From NCBI GenBank assembly GCA_963764905.1, contig CAVXUG010000006.1:191589-255588 (forward strand): a stretch of DNA of 64,000 nt. The letters are read 5' to 3'. Source of the stretch: an uncultured Solirubrobacterales bacterium. GTDB lineage: Bacteria > Actinomycetota > Thermoleophilia > Solirubrobacterales > Solirubrobacteraceae. Shown one piece after another: positions 51,200 through 63,224 of the stretch (its first letter is position 1; the number at the start of each line of letters is the position of its first letter). The position numbers and the translations under genes were made by a program. The notes below the pieces were generated by a model that was not told the DNA's origin, did no database searches, and was given only the letters and a program-made list of their open reading frames with translations.

Positions 51200-52117
51200 A
51201 TGTCAAGAATCAGAAAGCATCTGACACCGTCCACCTTCATCGCCATCCTGGCCCTGGTCTTCGCGCTCACCGGCGGCGCGTTCGCCGCCACGGGCGCCGC
51301 CAGCGGCGGAGACCGATCGTCCGGGATCGGCCAGCACGCGACCCTCACGGCCACCGCCGCCAAGAGCAAGGCCAAGAGCAAGGCCAAAACCAAGGCTGGC
51401 CCCCGCGGTCCCGCGGGTCCCAAGGGCGCGACCGGCGCAGCGGGCGCGACAGGGCCGGCGGGAGCCACGGGTCCGGCCGGCGCCACAGGTCCAGCCGGCG
51501 CGCAAGGTCCCGCTGGTGTCAACGGCGAAAATGGTGAAACCGGCGCGGCGGGCGCCAAAGGCGAAAGTATCACCGGTCCGGCTGGCCCCAAGGGTGAAGA
51601 AGGCAACATCAAGGCAACCCTCCCCTCGGGCTCGACCGAGACAGGGACCTTCACGGCTTCGTTCACCGAGAACGTAAGCACAGAAGAAAACGGGTTTGTC
51701 GGCGCTCCGATCTCGTTCGCGATCCCGCTCGAAACCCCGCTCGGTGCGGAAGCGGTGCACTACGTGCAGGCGGCGCCCTGCGCCGGATTGACAGGCGAAG
51801 CACTGGAAAACTGCGAAAAAGCACAGGCGATACTCAAAGAAAGCTGTCCCGGCAGCGCGGGAGCGCCGACGGCCAGCAAAGGCAACCTGTGTCTCTACCA
51901 GGGCGGAACGAGGCTGCCCGAAGGAGCCCACAACATCCAGGTTGAGTTTATCTGCTCCCCGGCAAAGGTCCACTCGAACTGCGGAGAAGGTCATGGACCC
52001 GGACCGGAGGGCACGGGAACCAGCGGTGCGATCGCGTACGTCTACTACAGCGGACCGGTAGAAGAAGCAGGTGGCGGAGCGATTCTGGACGGCGGCTGGG
52101 CGGTGACAGCACCCTAG
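51200..52117 (+). CDS. Secreted collagen-like protein
   Basis: AAGGAG RBS; signal MSRIRKHLTPSTFIAILALVFALTGGAFA; 19 uninterrupted G-X-Y triplets plus 3 more; Cys-containing C-terminal globular domain. Confidence 0.85.
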   Translation: MSRIRKHLTPSTFIAILALVFALTGGAFAATGAASGGDRSSGIGQHATLTATAAKSKAKSKAKTKAGPRGPAGPKGATGAAGATGPAGATGPAGATGPAGAQGPAGVNGENGETGAAGAKGESITGPAGPKGEEGNIKATLPSGSTETGTFTASFTENVSTEENGFVGAPISFAIPLETPLGAEAVHYVQAAPCAGLTGEALENCEKAQAILKESCPGSAGAPTASKGNLCLYQGGTRLPEGAHNIQVEFICSPAKVHSNCGEGHGPGPEGTGTSGAIAYVYYSGPVEEAGGGAILDGGWAVTAP

Positions 52118-52139
52118 ACGCGACAGCAATTCACGTAAG

Positions 52140-52165
52140 CCCGGGCGGCGCCGACGCCGCCCGGG
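52140..52165 (+). terminator. GC-rich intergenic hairpin
   Basis: CCCGGGCGGCG-CCGA-CGCCGCCCGGG. Confidence 0.5.
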
Positions 52166-52239
52166 TGAAACGTCGCGATCAGCGCGACACCCGCCACACG
52201 AAATAGCCACCCCGCAGCACAACCTTGGATCGAGGAGAC

Positions 52240-55200
52240 ATGGTGAGACCCACAGAGCACATCGCTAAGCCCGCTGTTATGACTGGGACCGGTCGCTTCG
52301 CGCTGCTCCGTGCCCTTCTTCACATCAAAGGGACCAGTGCGCCTGCTCCGCGTCGTGCCCGTGTCATGTTGGCGCTCTTCGCGGCGGCCCTTGGTGTCCT
52401 GGTCTGCGTCCCGGTCTCGGCGTTGGCGGAGGTCCCGGGCGGTGGGGTCTTTAGTCAGAGTGTCGCGACTCCCGCTCTGCAGAGCGTTGGGACTCCTGCT
52501 CTGGCGAAAGTCTCTGGTGGGCATGTCCTCGGTAGCTCGTTTGGTGGCGCGGGGTCGGGGGCGGGCCAGTTCTCCGAACCGGCGGGTGTCGCCGTCAACG
52601 AAGAAACGAACGATGTTTATGTCGTTGACCGGGGTAACAATCGTGTCCAGCGGTTCACCTCGACCTGGCGAATTCATCTCGACGTTCGGGTGGGGCGTGA
52701 TCAGTACCGGAGCGAGCGGCACCGGCGATCTCACCTCTGGCTCTGATGAAGTCACGGGTGTGATCACGACCAGCAAGGTTTTTCTCGTGGGACAGACGAT
52801 CACGGGCACGGGGATTCCCGCGGGTACGACGATCGTCGCTGTCGGTGCGGGCACGATCACGCTCTCCGAGGCCGCGGAAAAATCGGGTAGCGGTGTCGCG
52901 TTGAGCGTCGCTGAAGGCGCCGGTGTTGTGCCGACCAACGACGAGCAGACGATCGCGGTGACCGCCGAAGGGGGGACGTACACGCTGACCTTCAGTACTC
53001 CCGACCCCTCGCCAAGCGAAGCGACGACGGGCAACCTTCCCTTCGACGCGAGTTCCGGCGAAGTCCAGTCAGCGCTCGAAGGCCTCGCCAACATCGGTGC
53101 CGGCAACGTCACGGTCACCGGCGCGAGCGGCGGCGCCTACACCGCGACCTTCCAGGGCGCCCGCTTCACCGACAGCATCGTCACCCAGCTGCAAGCCAAT
53201 TCCAGCAACCTCACCGGCGAAAATCCGACGACCGGCTTCCATGAAGAAGTATTCCACGAGGCGGTGGTGGCCACGTCTCAGACGGGTGGGGGTGGTTTCG
53301 AGGTCTGTACCGTCGCCGCTGACTGCCAGGCCGGGATCAGTGGAACCGGCGCGAATCAGATCTCCAATGCGGGGGGGATCGCGGTCGATAACGACCCGGG
53401 CAGCCCCTCATACGGAGACGTGTACGTCCTCAATGGAGGCAATCATATCTTTGGCGAAATCAATCCAAATTTCGAGGTGGTTGACAAGTTCAGCTCTAGC
53501 GGGGAGTATCTCGGTCAAATCATTGACGAAGAACTGGGCGATAGATTCGGTTTCGGGCCAGACTCAGATCAACGAGGCGCGTATTTCTTAGGTGTCGCAG
53601 TTGCGGCGAACGGAGAGTTACTGGTCTATTACGACTATGAATCCAGTGATAGCACTTCCACTTATCATCCGCATGCATTCATTGAGGTCTATAGCGATAA
53701 AGAACCAAACGCATTTGTGGAAAGCCACCCGATAAGTGCCGACCAAGAACCTGGCGCTGTGGGCGGGGGTCTCGCGGTTGACGCCAAGGGCAACTTCTAT
53801 ACGGTAGATGAAAACCGCGAAGTCGTTAAGCTGAATAGCGCGGGGGAAACGGCGGGGGAAGATCAAGCCGAACGAGAAGCAAATCGGAAGTTTGGTCACG
53901 AGAAGGATGTGTCGGGGCTCGCTGTGGAACAGTCGAGTGATGATGTGTATATTGATGACGGGTTGACAGTGGGTAGGTTTAGTGAAGGTGGGTCGTTGGT
54001 CGAAAGTCTTGGCTCGGGGGAGTTGCAGGGTGGTAGTGGTGTTGCTGTTAGTTCGCAGAGTGGTGTGGTGTATGTCGCTGATGCGGCAGCGAATGTAGTT
54101 GATGTCTTCTCTGAAACGGCTGGTGCTACGGCGGCGGAGATCGATGAGGAGTCGGTGGCGAATGTCGGGGAGAGCTCGGTGACGTTGCAGGCGCGGATCG
54201 ACCCGAATGGCACGAGCGCGACGTATCATTTGAATATGGCACGACTCCTTATGAAACCGATGCGCCGCATGGCGACGAGTACGCTGGAAGCTGAGCATTG
54301 GCGCTGGTTCGAGCGATGTTCCCGTCAGTGTGGGGCTGACGGGTTCGACAGCCTGGTATGCACGTACGATTACCGTGTCGTCGCGGTCAATGCGATCGAG
54401 ACTGCTGTCGGTGTGGGTAAAAGCTTTGCGACGAATGCTGCTCCGGTCGCTGTGGCGGAAGCTTGTCCTAATGCGGGGTTGCGCTCCGAACAGCCTTTTG
54501 GTTTGACGTTGCCGGATTGTCGTGCGTATGAGATGGTCTCGCCGCTTGATAAGAATGATAGTGATGCGGTGATCCCGAGTTATAGTGCTGCGCGGTCTTC
54601 GTTGTCTGGTGAAGCGGTGACGTATGCGTCTCCGGGGATTTTTGCTGGTGCTGAAGGTGGCGAGATCGTTAATCAGTATCTCGCTCGGCGTGGTTCGGAT
54701 GGTTGGTCTACGCAGGCGATCTCTCCGCCGGTCGAAGGTAACACGGGGGTTGGTGGTGCTTACCGGTCGATGGCGTTCACGCCGGAATTATCTGCGGGGG
54801 TCGTATTGACCGATGTGCAATTGGATAGTGGTGCGCTTGTGGGATATAAGAATCTGTATGTCGCTGATTTCGCGACTTCTCCGGCGTCTGTATCGGGTGG
54901 TGACGACTGAACCGCATACAGATTCGCTGTTCAACGGTCAGCCGGAAGTTCTGGGTGTGACGGGGGATCTGAGCCACGTGGTTTACCGCGAACCTGCGGG
55001 GATCGCTGGGGTCGGTGAGTGGGATGATGGTGTGGTTAGCCCGCTCGCGGGCGCCGGGGGAGGCGGCGCTCAGCCCGGGGCGGATGCCGGCTTCGATGAT
55101 TCGTGGCGTTCGCTGTCGGCCGATGGCTCCCGGGTGTTCTTCACGAACAGCCATACGATTGGTAGCGAAGTGCTGGCCACTGATCGGCAGTTGGAGGTGG

Positions 55201-56690
55201 AGGAGAATCCGGCCGGCCCCAGCGAAGATTGTGCGGTCGTGGGGGATAGGTGCATGCTTGAGGTCTCGAGATCTCAGCGTTTGCCTGAAGATCCTTTGGG
55301 GCCTGGGTCTGCGCGGTTTCGGGGTGCGAGCGTGAATGGTTCGCGGGTGTTCTTCACGGATTGCGCGAAGCTGACCAAAGAAGCGACGGCTGTCGCGAAC
55401 GAGCAGCAGACCACTTGCTACCCGGAAGCTGGGACGGGTAACGATCTTTATGAGTACGATCTCGAAACTGGGGCGTTGACCGATCTGACGGTTGACAAGC
55501 TGCCCGCGCGATTCCCTTGGTGCGAGGGTCGCTGGGTGTGCCCTATGTCAGTGAAGATGGCTCGTATGTGTATTTTGTCGCCGAAGGCGCGCTGACGAGC
55601 GGTAAGAACATGGAAGGTAAGGAACCGGTCTCGGGGGAACCGAATCTGTACGTTGCTCATCTGGAAGGTGGGTCGTGGACGACGAGCTTCATCGTCACGC
55701 TTGCTCCTTCGACGGGCGGCGGCAAGGGCGTATCTCCGCAGGAAGGGGGTGACAGCGAGGATTGGAATCAGGTCTCGCCGCTGGATACTGTGCGTGCGAC
55801 ACCGGACGGGACGCATTTGGCGTTCCTCTCGCAGAGGAGCCTGACGGGTTATGACAACGAGCAGGCCGAAACGGGGGAGTGCGAAGTGAACGACCCCGAA
55901 TTATTCTGGTGAGTGAAGGCGGCACTGCCGCGAGGTGTTCTCCTACGACGCGCTCTCGCAGCGGCTGGTGTGCGTTTCGTGTGATCGAAGTGGCGCGCGG
56001 CCGGTTGGCCCGTCGAGCTTTGAAGAAGGAGGGCAGTCATTCCCGTCGGAACAGGTGGGTTATACGCGGCGTAACTTCTCTGAAAATGGCTGGCCGGTTG
56101 TTCTTCGACAGCGACGATGCGCTCGTGCCGCACGACAGCAGCGGCCGTAAGAACGTCTATGAGTGGGAGCAGCCGGGCGAAGGCAGCTGCACGATCGTGG
56201 GAGGGTGTATCTATCAGATCTCCGATGTCGCGGGCGACTATGACTCGTTCTTCTTGGATGCGGACCCGAGGGGCGAAAACGTGTTCTTCGCGACCGAGGA
56301 CCAGCTGCTGCCCTCCGATACCGACTCCCACGTCGATGTGTACGACGCGCGCGTCGGTGGCGGTTTCCCCGTCGCCGCTGCTTCGCCGGAATGCGATAAC
56401 GCCGACTCGTGCAAACCCCCCGCCTCTCCCCAGCCTGCGGTGTTCAATGCTCCCGGTAGCGCAACCTTCTCAGGTCCCGGCAACCCCGTCGCGGCCGTTG
56501 TCCGACGGCGCCACCAAAGAAAAGGACCGCGCCGAAGCCAAGGCGGAAAAGCTCACGAAGGCGTTGAGGGCGTGCTGGAAAGACAAGTCGAAGAAGAAGC
56601 GAGCAGCTGTGTAAAGCAAGCGAGGAAGAAATACGGCGTACGCAGGCGAAGAGCAAGAAAGTCAGCGACGACCGGAGGGCAAAGCGATGA
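52240..56690 (+). CDS. Giant secreted protein (~1450 aa): NHL repeats, Fn3-like domain, TolB-like propeller, Lys-rich two-Cys tail (several frameshifts)
   Basis: GQFSEPAGVAV..DVYVVDRGNNRVQRF; LQARIDPNG; LPDCRAYEMVSP; SADGSRVFF; NVYEWE; VDVYDARVGGGF; KLTKALRAC...KKYG. Confidence 0.78.
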
Positions 56691-59600
56691 GGATCCCATT
56701 GACTCGAAGGTGCCCGTTGTCCTGGCGTTGGGTGTGACGCTGGTGCTCGCGAGTTCTGCGATGGCTACGTTTGGGCTGCAGAATATCGGGGTGAGGGTGA
56801 CTAATCAGAATGGGTCGCCTGATGTTCAGGCCGGTTCGCATCCGTATTCGATTACGACGACGTTCATGTTGAATGCATTCCCGTTCAACAAGACGACACG
56901 TGCGCAGGAACCGGTGGGGCAGGGCGATCTCAAGGAAGTGATCGCGCGGTTGCCGCCGGGGTTTGTGGGGAACCCAAACGCGACACCAAAGTGCAAGTAC
57001 ATTGAATTCATCCACGGTGCAGAATGTCCGCCGGACACGGCGATCGGGATCGACACGGTCTATCTTCGCACCGACGAATCGCCGCATGGCGGACCACAGG
57101 AAGTCTTTAGTCAGTACTCCGCGGTGTTCAACCTGGAACCCTCTCCGGGTGAGCCCGCGGAGTTCGCGTTCATGGTATCGCACGTGGTGCCCGTGTTCCT
57201 GAACGCGTCGGTGCGTACGGGCGAAGACTACGGGATCACGGTTACCGCGCCGAATCTCAGCGAGGTCTTGCCGGTCTTCGCGACGAAGGTCACGATCTGG
57301 GGCGTTCCGGCTGATCCGAGTCACAACGCGTTGCGCGGCGAAGACAACGGTAGCGCAGGTGGCTGTGTATACGGTGCGGAGGAAATCGAGGGAGAAGATG
57401 GTTTGCATCCCCAGGACGGGGCGCCTGGCTCCGGGTTGGGTGTCGGGGAAATCGAACAGGAAGACCCGCAGCTCTACACCTCGGCGGGCGATTGCGAAGT
57501 TCACGTTCCGATACAGCCGTTGTTGACGAATCCCACTTCGTGCGGGGTATCGCGCACGGCTTCGCTGACTGTTGGTGCGTGGCAGGAACCGTTGAGTGCG
57601 CCGATCCTTCCGGCGACGGACAGTGTGACGCTGCCCCCGTTGACGGGCTGCGAAACGCTCGATTTCAGCCCGACGATCAAGGTCACACCTGACGGGACGG
57701 CGGGGAGCACCCCGACGGGGCTGAACGTCGATCTGCACGTCCCCCAAGAATCCACGACGAACCCGGACGGGCTCGGCGAGGCCGACGTCAAGGACACCAC
57801 GGTAACGCTGCCCCCGGGCGTGCAGATCAGCCCATCCGCCTCAGATGGTCTGCAGGCGTGCTCGAACGCGCAGATCGGCTTCAAGGGCGTCAACGCGCTT
57901 TCCGGGGTTGACGAATACACGCCGGAAAGGCCGTCGTGTCCGCTCGCGTCGAAGATCGCGAGCGTGCGGATCAAGACGCCGCTGCTGGAAGAAGAGCTCG
58001 AAGGATCGGTATATCTCGCGGCGCCGCAGAACTTCGCCGGCCCCTTGGAAAACCCGTTCGGGAGCCTGGTCGCTTTGTATCTTGTCGCGGAAGCCCCCGT
58101 CGCGGGAGTTCGCGTCAAGCTTCCGGGGAAGGTCGTCCCGAACCCCGAAACGGGTCAGCTCACGACGACGTTCGAAAACACGCCGGCCCTGCCGTTCAGC
58201 GAATTGAAGCTCGAATTCTACGGCACCGACCGCGCACCCTTGACGACCCCCGCATTGTGCGGTACGTATAACACCGAATCGTCGTTTGTGCCGTGGTCGC
58301 TCGGCGAACCCGCCAATCCAACCGAAATCAAGCATCCGGCCTCGAGCTTCCAGATCACCTCCTGGTCCAGTGCTACAGACCACGTCCGGTGCGCAGACAA
58401 CACCGTGCGCTGACCCGCTGCCGTTCTCCCCGACGCTGGGTTCGGGTACGACGAACGTCAACGCTGGTTCTTACAGCGAACTGACGACGACACTCGGCCG
58501 CGAAGACGGCCAGCAGCAAATCCAGTCCGTGACCCTGCACTACCCCGCGGGCCTCTCCGGTCTGTTGTCCGGCGTGAAGCTGTGCGGTGAAGCGCAAGCG
58601 AACGCGGGGACGTGCGGTCCGGAAAGCCAGATCGGGGAATCGATCGTCTCGGTCGGCCTTGGTAACGACCCGTTCACGGTCGTCGGTGGGAAGGCGTACA
58701 TCACCGGGCCGTATGAGGGCGCCCCGTTCGGCCTATCGATCGTGAACCCCGCGAAGGCCGGCCCCTATGTGTTGCAGGAAGGTCGCCCGGTTGTGGTCAG
58801 GGCGAAGATCGAAGTCAACTCGATCACCTCGGCTTTGACGGTCACGACGAACCCCTCGGGACCGTACGCGATCCCGCACATCATCGAGGGCATCCCCCTG
58901 AACATCAAGCACGTCAACGTCCTCGTCAACCGCCCCGACTTCACGTTCAACCCGACCAACTGCACCCCGACGCAGGTCACCGGAGCTATCAACAGTGACG
59001 AAGGCGCCAGCTCGCCGGTGGCGATTCCGTTCCAGGTAACAAACTGCGGGGATCTGAAATTCGCGCCGGACTTCAAAGTCTCGACCAGCGGGAAGACGAG
59101 TAAAGCGGACGGGGCGTCGCTGACCGCGACGGTGGTCGAGCCGGACGATCCGCAGGGCAACTCGAACATCGGGCGGGTCAAGGTAGACCTCCCCAAACAG
59201 CTCCCGTCCAGGTTGACGACGCTGCAGAAAGCGTGTCTGGCGAAGGTGTTCGAAGAAAACCCCGCTGCCTGCCCGTCGGCGTCGTTCATCGGCCACGCGA
59301 CCGTCCATACCCAGCTGTTACCCGTCCCGCTGGAAGGCCCCGCGATCTTCGTCTCCCACGGCGGTGAAGCGTTCCCGAGCCTTGAGATCGTGCTGCAGGG
59401 CGACAACGTCACGATCGACCTGGTCGGCGCGACGTACATCAGCCCGGCCGGGATCACGTCAACGACGTTCAAGACGGTCCCCGACCAGCCGTTTGAAACG
59501 TTCTCGCTGACTCTGCCCGAGGGTCCCTATTCGGCGTTGGGCACCAACTACGACCTCTGCACCCAGAACCTGCAGATGCCGACTGAATTCGTGGGCCAGG

Positions 59601-59800
59601 ATGGCACGAAGATCAACGAGAGCACAAAGATCAGCGTCACCGGCTGCCCGAAAGTAAAGGCGCTGACCCGCGCGCAGAAGCTCGCCAAAGCCTTGAAGAC
59701 TTGCAAGAAAGACAAGAAGAAGTCAAAGCGCGTGGCGTGTGAAAAGGCCGCACGGAAGAAATACGGGGCGGTGAAGAAAGCAAAGAAGAAAAAGAAATAA
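56687..59800 (+). CDS. Giant secreted protein (~1030 aa) with four Cys-paired repeats and Lys-rich two-Cys tail (frameshifts near 56710 and 58360)
   Basis: QAGSHP, LPPGFVGNPNATPKC, LTNPTSC, FNPTNC; ends RAQKLAKALKTCKKDKKKSKRVACEKAARKKYGAVKKAKKKKK*. Confidence 0.8.
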
Positions 59801-60005
59801 TCATCTTGATCTTGGATGTCGCCCATCCCCTCTCGGGCGGCGTTCGAGGGGAACCACAGACCCAATGGCGTTAGCACCCTCTCGCGCCAGGTTCCCTGTC
59901 CCACTGGGCGCCGTGGCCGTTCATCCCTCGGCCGCGGCGCCCGCTATTAACGCCCACCCACCCGGCGCGAGATGGGCGTAGATCCCGCACCGCCGTCGCG
60001 CCGGG

Positions 60006-60968
60006 ATGGGCGTGATGGGGCGGGAGTACGTGCGCGGGGTGCAGCGCGCTCGCCTGCTGGCGGCGGCGCTTGATGTGGTCGGCGAGCATGGTTGGGAGGG
60101 GATGAGTGTGGTGCGGGTGACGCGTCGTGCGGGTGTGTCGAGCAGGACGTTCTATAAAGCGTTCTCGAGCCGCGAGGAGTGCTTTCTCGGCGTCTTCGAG
60201 GAGGCGGTCGAGCGGCTGGGGCGGGTCGCCGCGGAAGGGTATGCGCGCGAAGGCGACTGGGCGGTGCGGATGCGTGGCGCGGTGGTGGCGCTGCTCGCGT
60301 TCCTTGAATACGCGCCAGCCGTGAGGCGGGCGGTGTTCATCGAGTCACACGACGCGGGGCCGCTGCTCGCGCGATCCAGGGAGCGGGTGCTGGGGGAGCT
60401 GGCGGCGGTCAGCGACCGGGAGCGTCCGCGCGCGCGCAAGCCCGCGGCGGTGTCCGCGCGGGATGAGCTGGATCGCGTGCTTGGGGTGGTAGAGCGGTGG
60501 CTGTTGGAGCCGCGGCTGTTGCGCCAGACATATCTGTTGGAGCCACAGCCCGTGGCGATGTGCGAGCTGCTGGGCGAGCTGATGAGCGTCCTTGTTGAGC
60601 CCCACGTGGGGGCCGACGGGGCGCAGCGCGAGCGGCTTGCGCGGCCGGTGAAGGCGGCGCGCGCGCCCTGGCCGGCCGGGCTTGAGCCGCGGCTGACCTA
60701 CCGCCGGCTGCGGGTCCTGGAAGCACTCGCGGCACACCCAGGGCAGAGCAACCGTGGGGTCGCCGACGCCGCGGGGATCCCAAGCAACGGCCAGGCCTCC
60801 AAGCTGCTCGCGCGACTGCGAAAGCTCGGGCTCGCCGAGACGACGGGCGAGCCACACAGTAACGGGCGCAGCAACGCCTGGCGGCTCACCCCACGAGGGA
60901 GAAGAACTCGAGCGGACGATGCGCACAGGCGGCTCAGGAGGGGTCTCGGGCTAGCGCGCGGCCCGTGA
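60006..60968 (+). CDS. TetR/AcrR-family regulator with a second C-terminal winged-HTH
   Basis: [15 protein letters not shown]...[15 protein letters not shown]-terminal RLTYR.LRVL..HPG.SNR.VA...GQASKLL.RL..LGL...NAWRLT. Confidence 0.8.
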   Translation: MGVMGREYVRGVQRARLLAAALDVVGEHGWEGMSVVRVTRRAGVSSRTFYKAFSSREECFLGVFEEAVERLGRVAAEGYAREGDWAVRMRGAVVALLAFLEYAPAVRRAVFIESHDAGPLLARSRERVLGELAAVSDRERPRARKPAAVSARDELDRVLGVVERWLLEPRLLRQTYLLEPQPVAMCELLGELMSVLVEPHVGADGAQRERLARPVKAARAPWPAGLEPRLTYRRLRVLEALAAHPGQSNRGVADAAGIPSNGQASKLLARLRKLGLAETTGEPHSNGRSNAWRLTPRGRRTRADDAHRRLRRGLGLARGP

Positions 60969-61949
60969 GAGCGTCAGCGCGAACAGCTCGTCGGGGTCGG
61001 TGAACCAGCGCACGAGCTCGAGGCCCGCAGCCGCCAGGTCGCCCTCCAGCCGCTCGGGCGTGAACTTCGCGCTGATCTCCGTGCGCACTTCCTCGCCGGC
61101 ATCGAAGTGCACGGGCAGATCGAGCGCGCGCACCAGCGTCGTGTGCTCGCGGCGCGAGCGCAGGCGCATCTCGATCCATTCGTGCTGCGGGTCGAACAGG
61201 GCGATGTGGTCGAAGTCCTCGGGGTCGAAGTCGGCGTCCAGCTCGCGGTTGAGCACGCTCAGGACGTTGAGGTTGAATTCGGCGGTGACACCTTGCTCGT
61301 CGTCGTAGGCGGCCTCCAGCACACCGGGATCCTTCACCAGGTCCGTTCCCATCAGCAGGTGATCCTGCGGACCCAGCAGGCCGGCGATCGAGCGCAGGAA
61401 GCGGCGGCGGCTGCCGGGTTGGAAGTTGCCGACGGTCCCGCCGAGGAACGCGACGATTCGTGGCCCGATCGCCTGAGGCACGCGGTCGAGGTGGCGCTCG
61501 AAGTCGCCGATCACGCCGTGCACGCGCAGGCCGGGGTACTCCTCGGTGAGCGTCTCCGCGCAGTCGCGCACCATGCTCTCGGTCACGTCGACCGGCACGT
61601 AACGCTTCAGCGTCCCGGCCCCGTGCAGCGCGTCCAGCAGTACGCGCGTCTTCGCGGCCGTGCCTGAGCCGAGCTCGACGAGCTCGACCGCGTTCGTCAA
61701 CGCCGCCAGCTCGGTCGCCGTGCGCTCGAGGATCGCGCGCTCGGCGCGCGTGGGGTAATACTCGGGCAGCTCGCAGATCCGGTCGAACAGCTCGGCCCCG
61801 CGCGCGTCGTAGAAGTGCTTCGGCGGCAGTTCCTTGAAGGGACGCGTCAGGCCGTCGAGCACGTCCTCGGCGAGCGAGCGCTCCTGGTTGCCGTCCAGGT
61901 GCGAGTCGATCCTGATTGCGGTCTCCTCGGGGTCTGCGATCGGCTCCAT
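60951..61949 (-). CDS. egtD: L-histidine N-alpha-methyltransferase
   Basis: [48 protein letters not shown]. Confidence 0.93.
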   Translation of the reverse strand: MEPIADPEETAIRIDSHLDGNQERSLAEDVLDGLTRPFKELPPKHFYDARGAELFDRICELPEYYPTRAERAILERTATELAALTNAVELVELGSGTAAKTRVLLDALHGAGTLKRYVPVDVTESMVRDCAETLTEEYPGLRVHGVIGDFERHLDRVPQAIGPRIVAFLGGTVGNFQPGSRRRFLRSIAGLLGPQDHLLMGTDLVKDPGVLEAAYDDEQGVTAEFNLNVLSVLNRELDADFDPEDFDHIALFDPQHEWIEMRLRSRREHTTLVRALDLPVHFDAGEEVRTEISAKFTPERLEGDLAAAGLELVRWFTDPDELFALTLSRAAR

Positions 61950-63103
61950 CACGCTCCTCGCTGTCCCGCGCGAGGCGCACCCCGGCGAAGATCTGCCGCC
62001 GCTGTGGGCAGATCCCAGTTGCGGAACGTCAGGGTCGCGACGCGGGGGTGCGTCGCCCACGAGCCGCCGCGCAGCACGCGGTAGTCCTCGCCGAAGAACA
62101 CCTCCGAGTACTCGCGGTACGGGTGGGCGCGTGAAGCCGGGGTAGCCGTGGAAGGTGCTCGACCGTCCACTCCCACACCGCGCCGATCGCCTCCGGTGTC
62201 TCCTGCCCCAGGTCGCCGCCTTCTCCCACTCCGCCTCGGTGGGCAGCCGCGCGCCGTGCGCTCGGGCGAAGGCGTCGGCCTCGAACCAGGAGACGTGGCA
62301 GGCGGGTCCGTCGACCCGGCCCGCCGCCACGGCCGCGATGATGGGTGATGTCGTACTCCTGCTTCCACGCCCAGCCCTCGTCCGACCACCACTCGCGCCG
62401 CTCGTACCCGCCGCCCTCTGAGAAGCGCATCCAGCTCGCGTTGCTCACCGGCCGGCGTGCGATCTGGAAGGCGGCCACGTCCACGGTATGGCGCGGGCGC
62501 TCGTTGTCGTAAGCGAAGCCATCGCCGTTGGCGCCCATCGCGAACGGGCCGGCGGGCAGCTCGATCCATCCCTGCTCCGCGTCCCGCCGGCGTGGCGGCG
62601 GCCGGTCGAGCTTCGCACGGTCGCCGGCCGGCAACAGGCCGGCGATCGCCAGCGTCTGGCGCATCGTCTCGGAGTGCTGCAGCTCGTGGCGCAGCACGAG
62701 CTCGTACACGATCCCGTCGCCGAGGCCGTGCCGAGCGAGCGCCGCGCTGGTGCGTGCCCGGACCTGCTCCAGGTAAATGCGCGCGTCCGCCTGCCCGAGC
62801 GCCTCGATTTCCCCGCGCACGGCGCGGGGCGTCTCGAACGCGTCGTAGCACTCCGCCAAGTCGGGGCGCAGCAGATCGAGGCCCGCGTGGCGATGGGCCA
62901 ACCACAGATCCTCATAGGCGGCGATATGACCGAGATCCCACACGAGCGGGCTCATGATCGGCGAATGCACGCGCTCCAAGTCCTCGCTCGCTGAGCCCGG
63001 CGATCAGCGCGAGCGTGCCCGCGCGCGCCTCTTCCAGAGCGGCGATCGCCTCCTGTGAGCTGGGCGCGGTGGAATTGTGGGTCGCGGTGGCGGTCGTGGC
63101 CAT
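61949..63103 (-). CDS. egtB: Ergothioneine sulfoxide synthase (DinB + FGE domains; frameshifted)
   Basis: [64 protein letters not shown]. Confidence 0.88.
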
Positions 63104-63136
63104 GGCTTTACCGATTCCTACTGTACGACTTAGAAA

Positions 63137-63203
63137 CTATCCGAAAACCCCGAGATCTCTCCTCAGTGGAGACGGGAGCCCGAGTTGAGGGGTTTTCGGA
63201 TAG
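63137..63203. repeat. 67-bp element bounded by perfect 15-bp inverted repeats (MITE/IS-scar-like)
   Basis: CTATCCGAAAACCCC (63137-63151) and GGGGTTTTCGGATAG (63189-63203). Confidence 0.7.
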
Positions 63204-63224
63204 ATACCCAATGTCCAGTGTGGC

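Noticed and set aside
51200..59800. Prophage tail-fibre interpretation of the collagen and giant genes
   Set aside because: All three have signal peptides and no phage structural, packaging or integrase genes are nearby.
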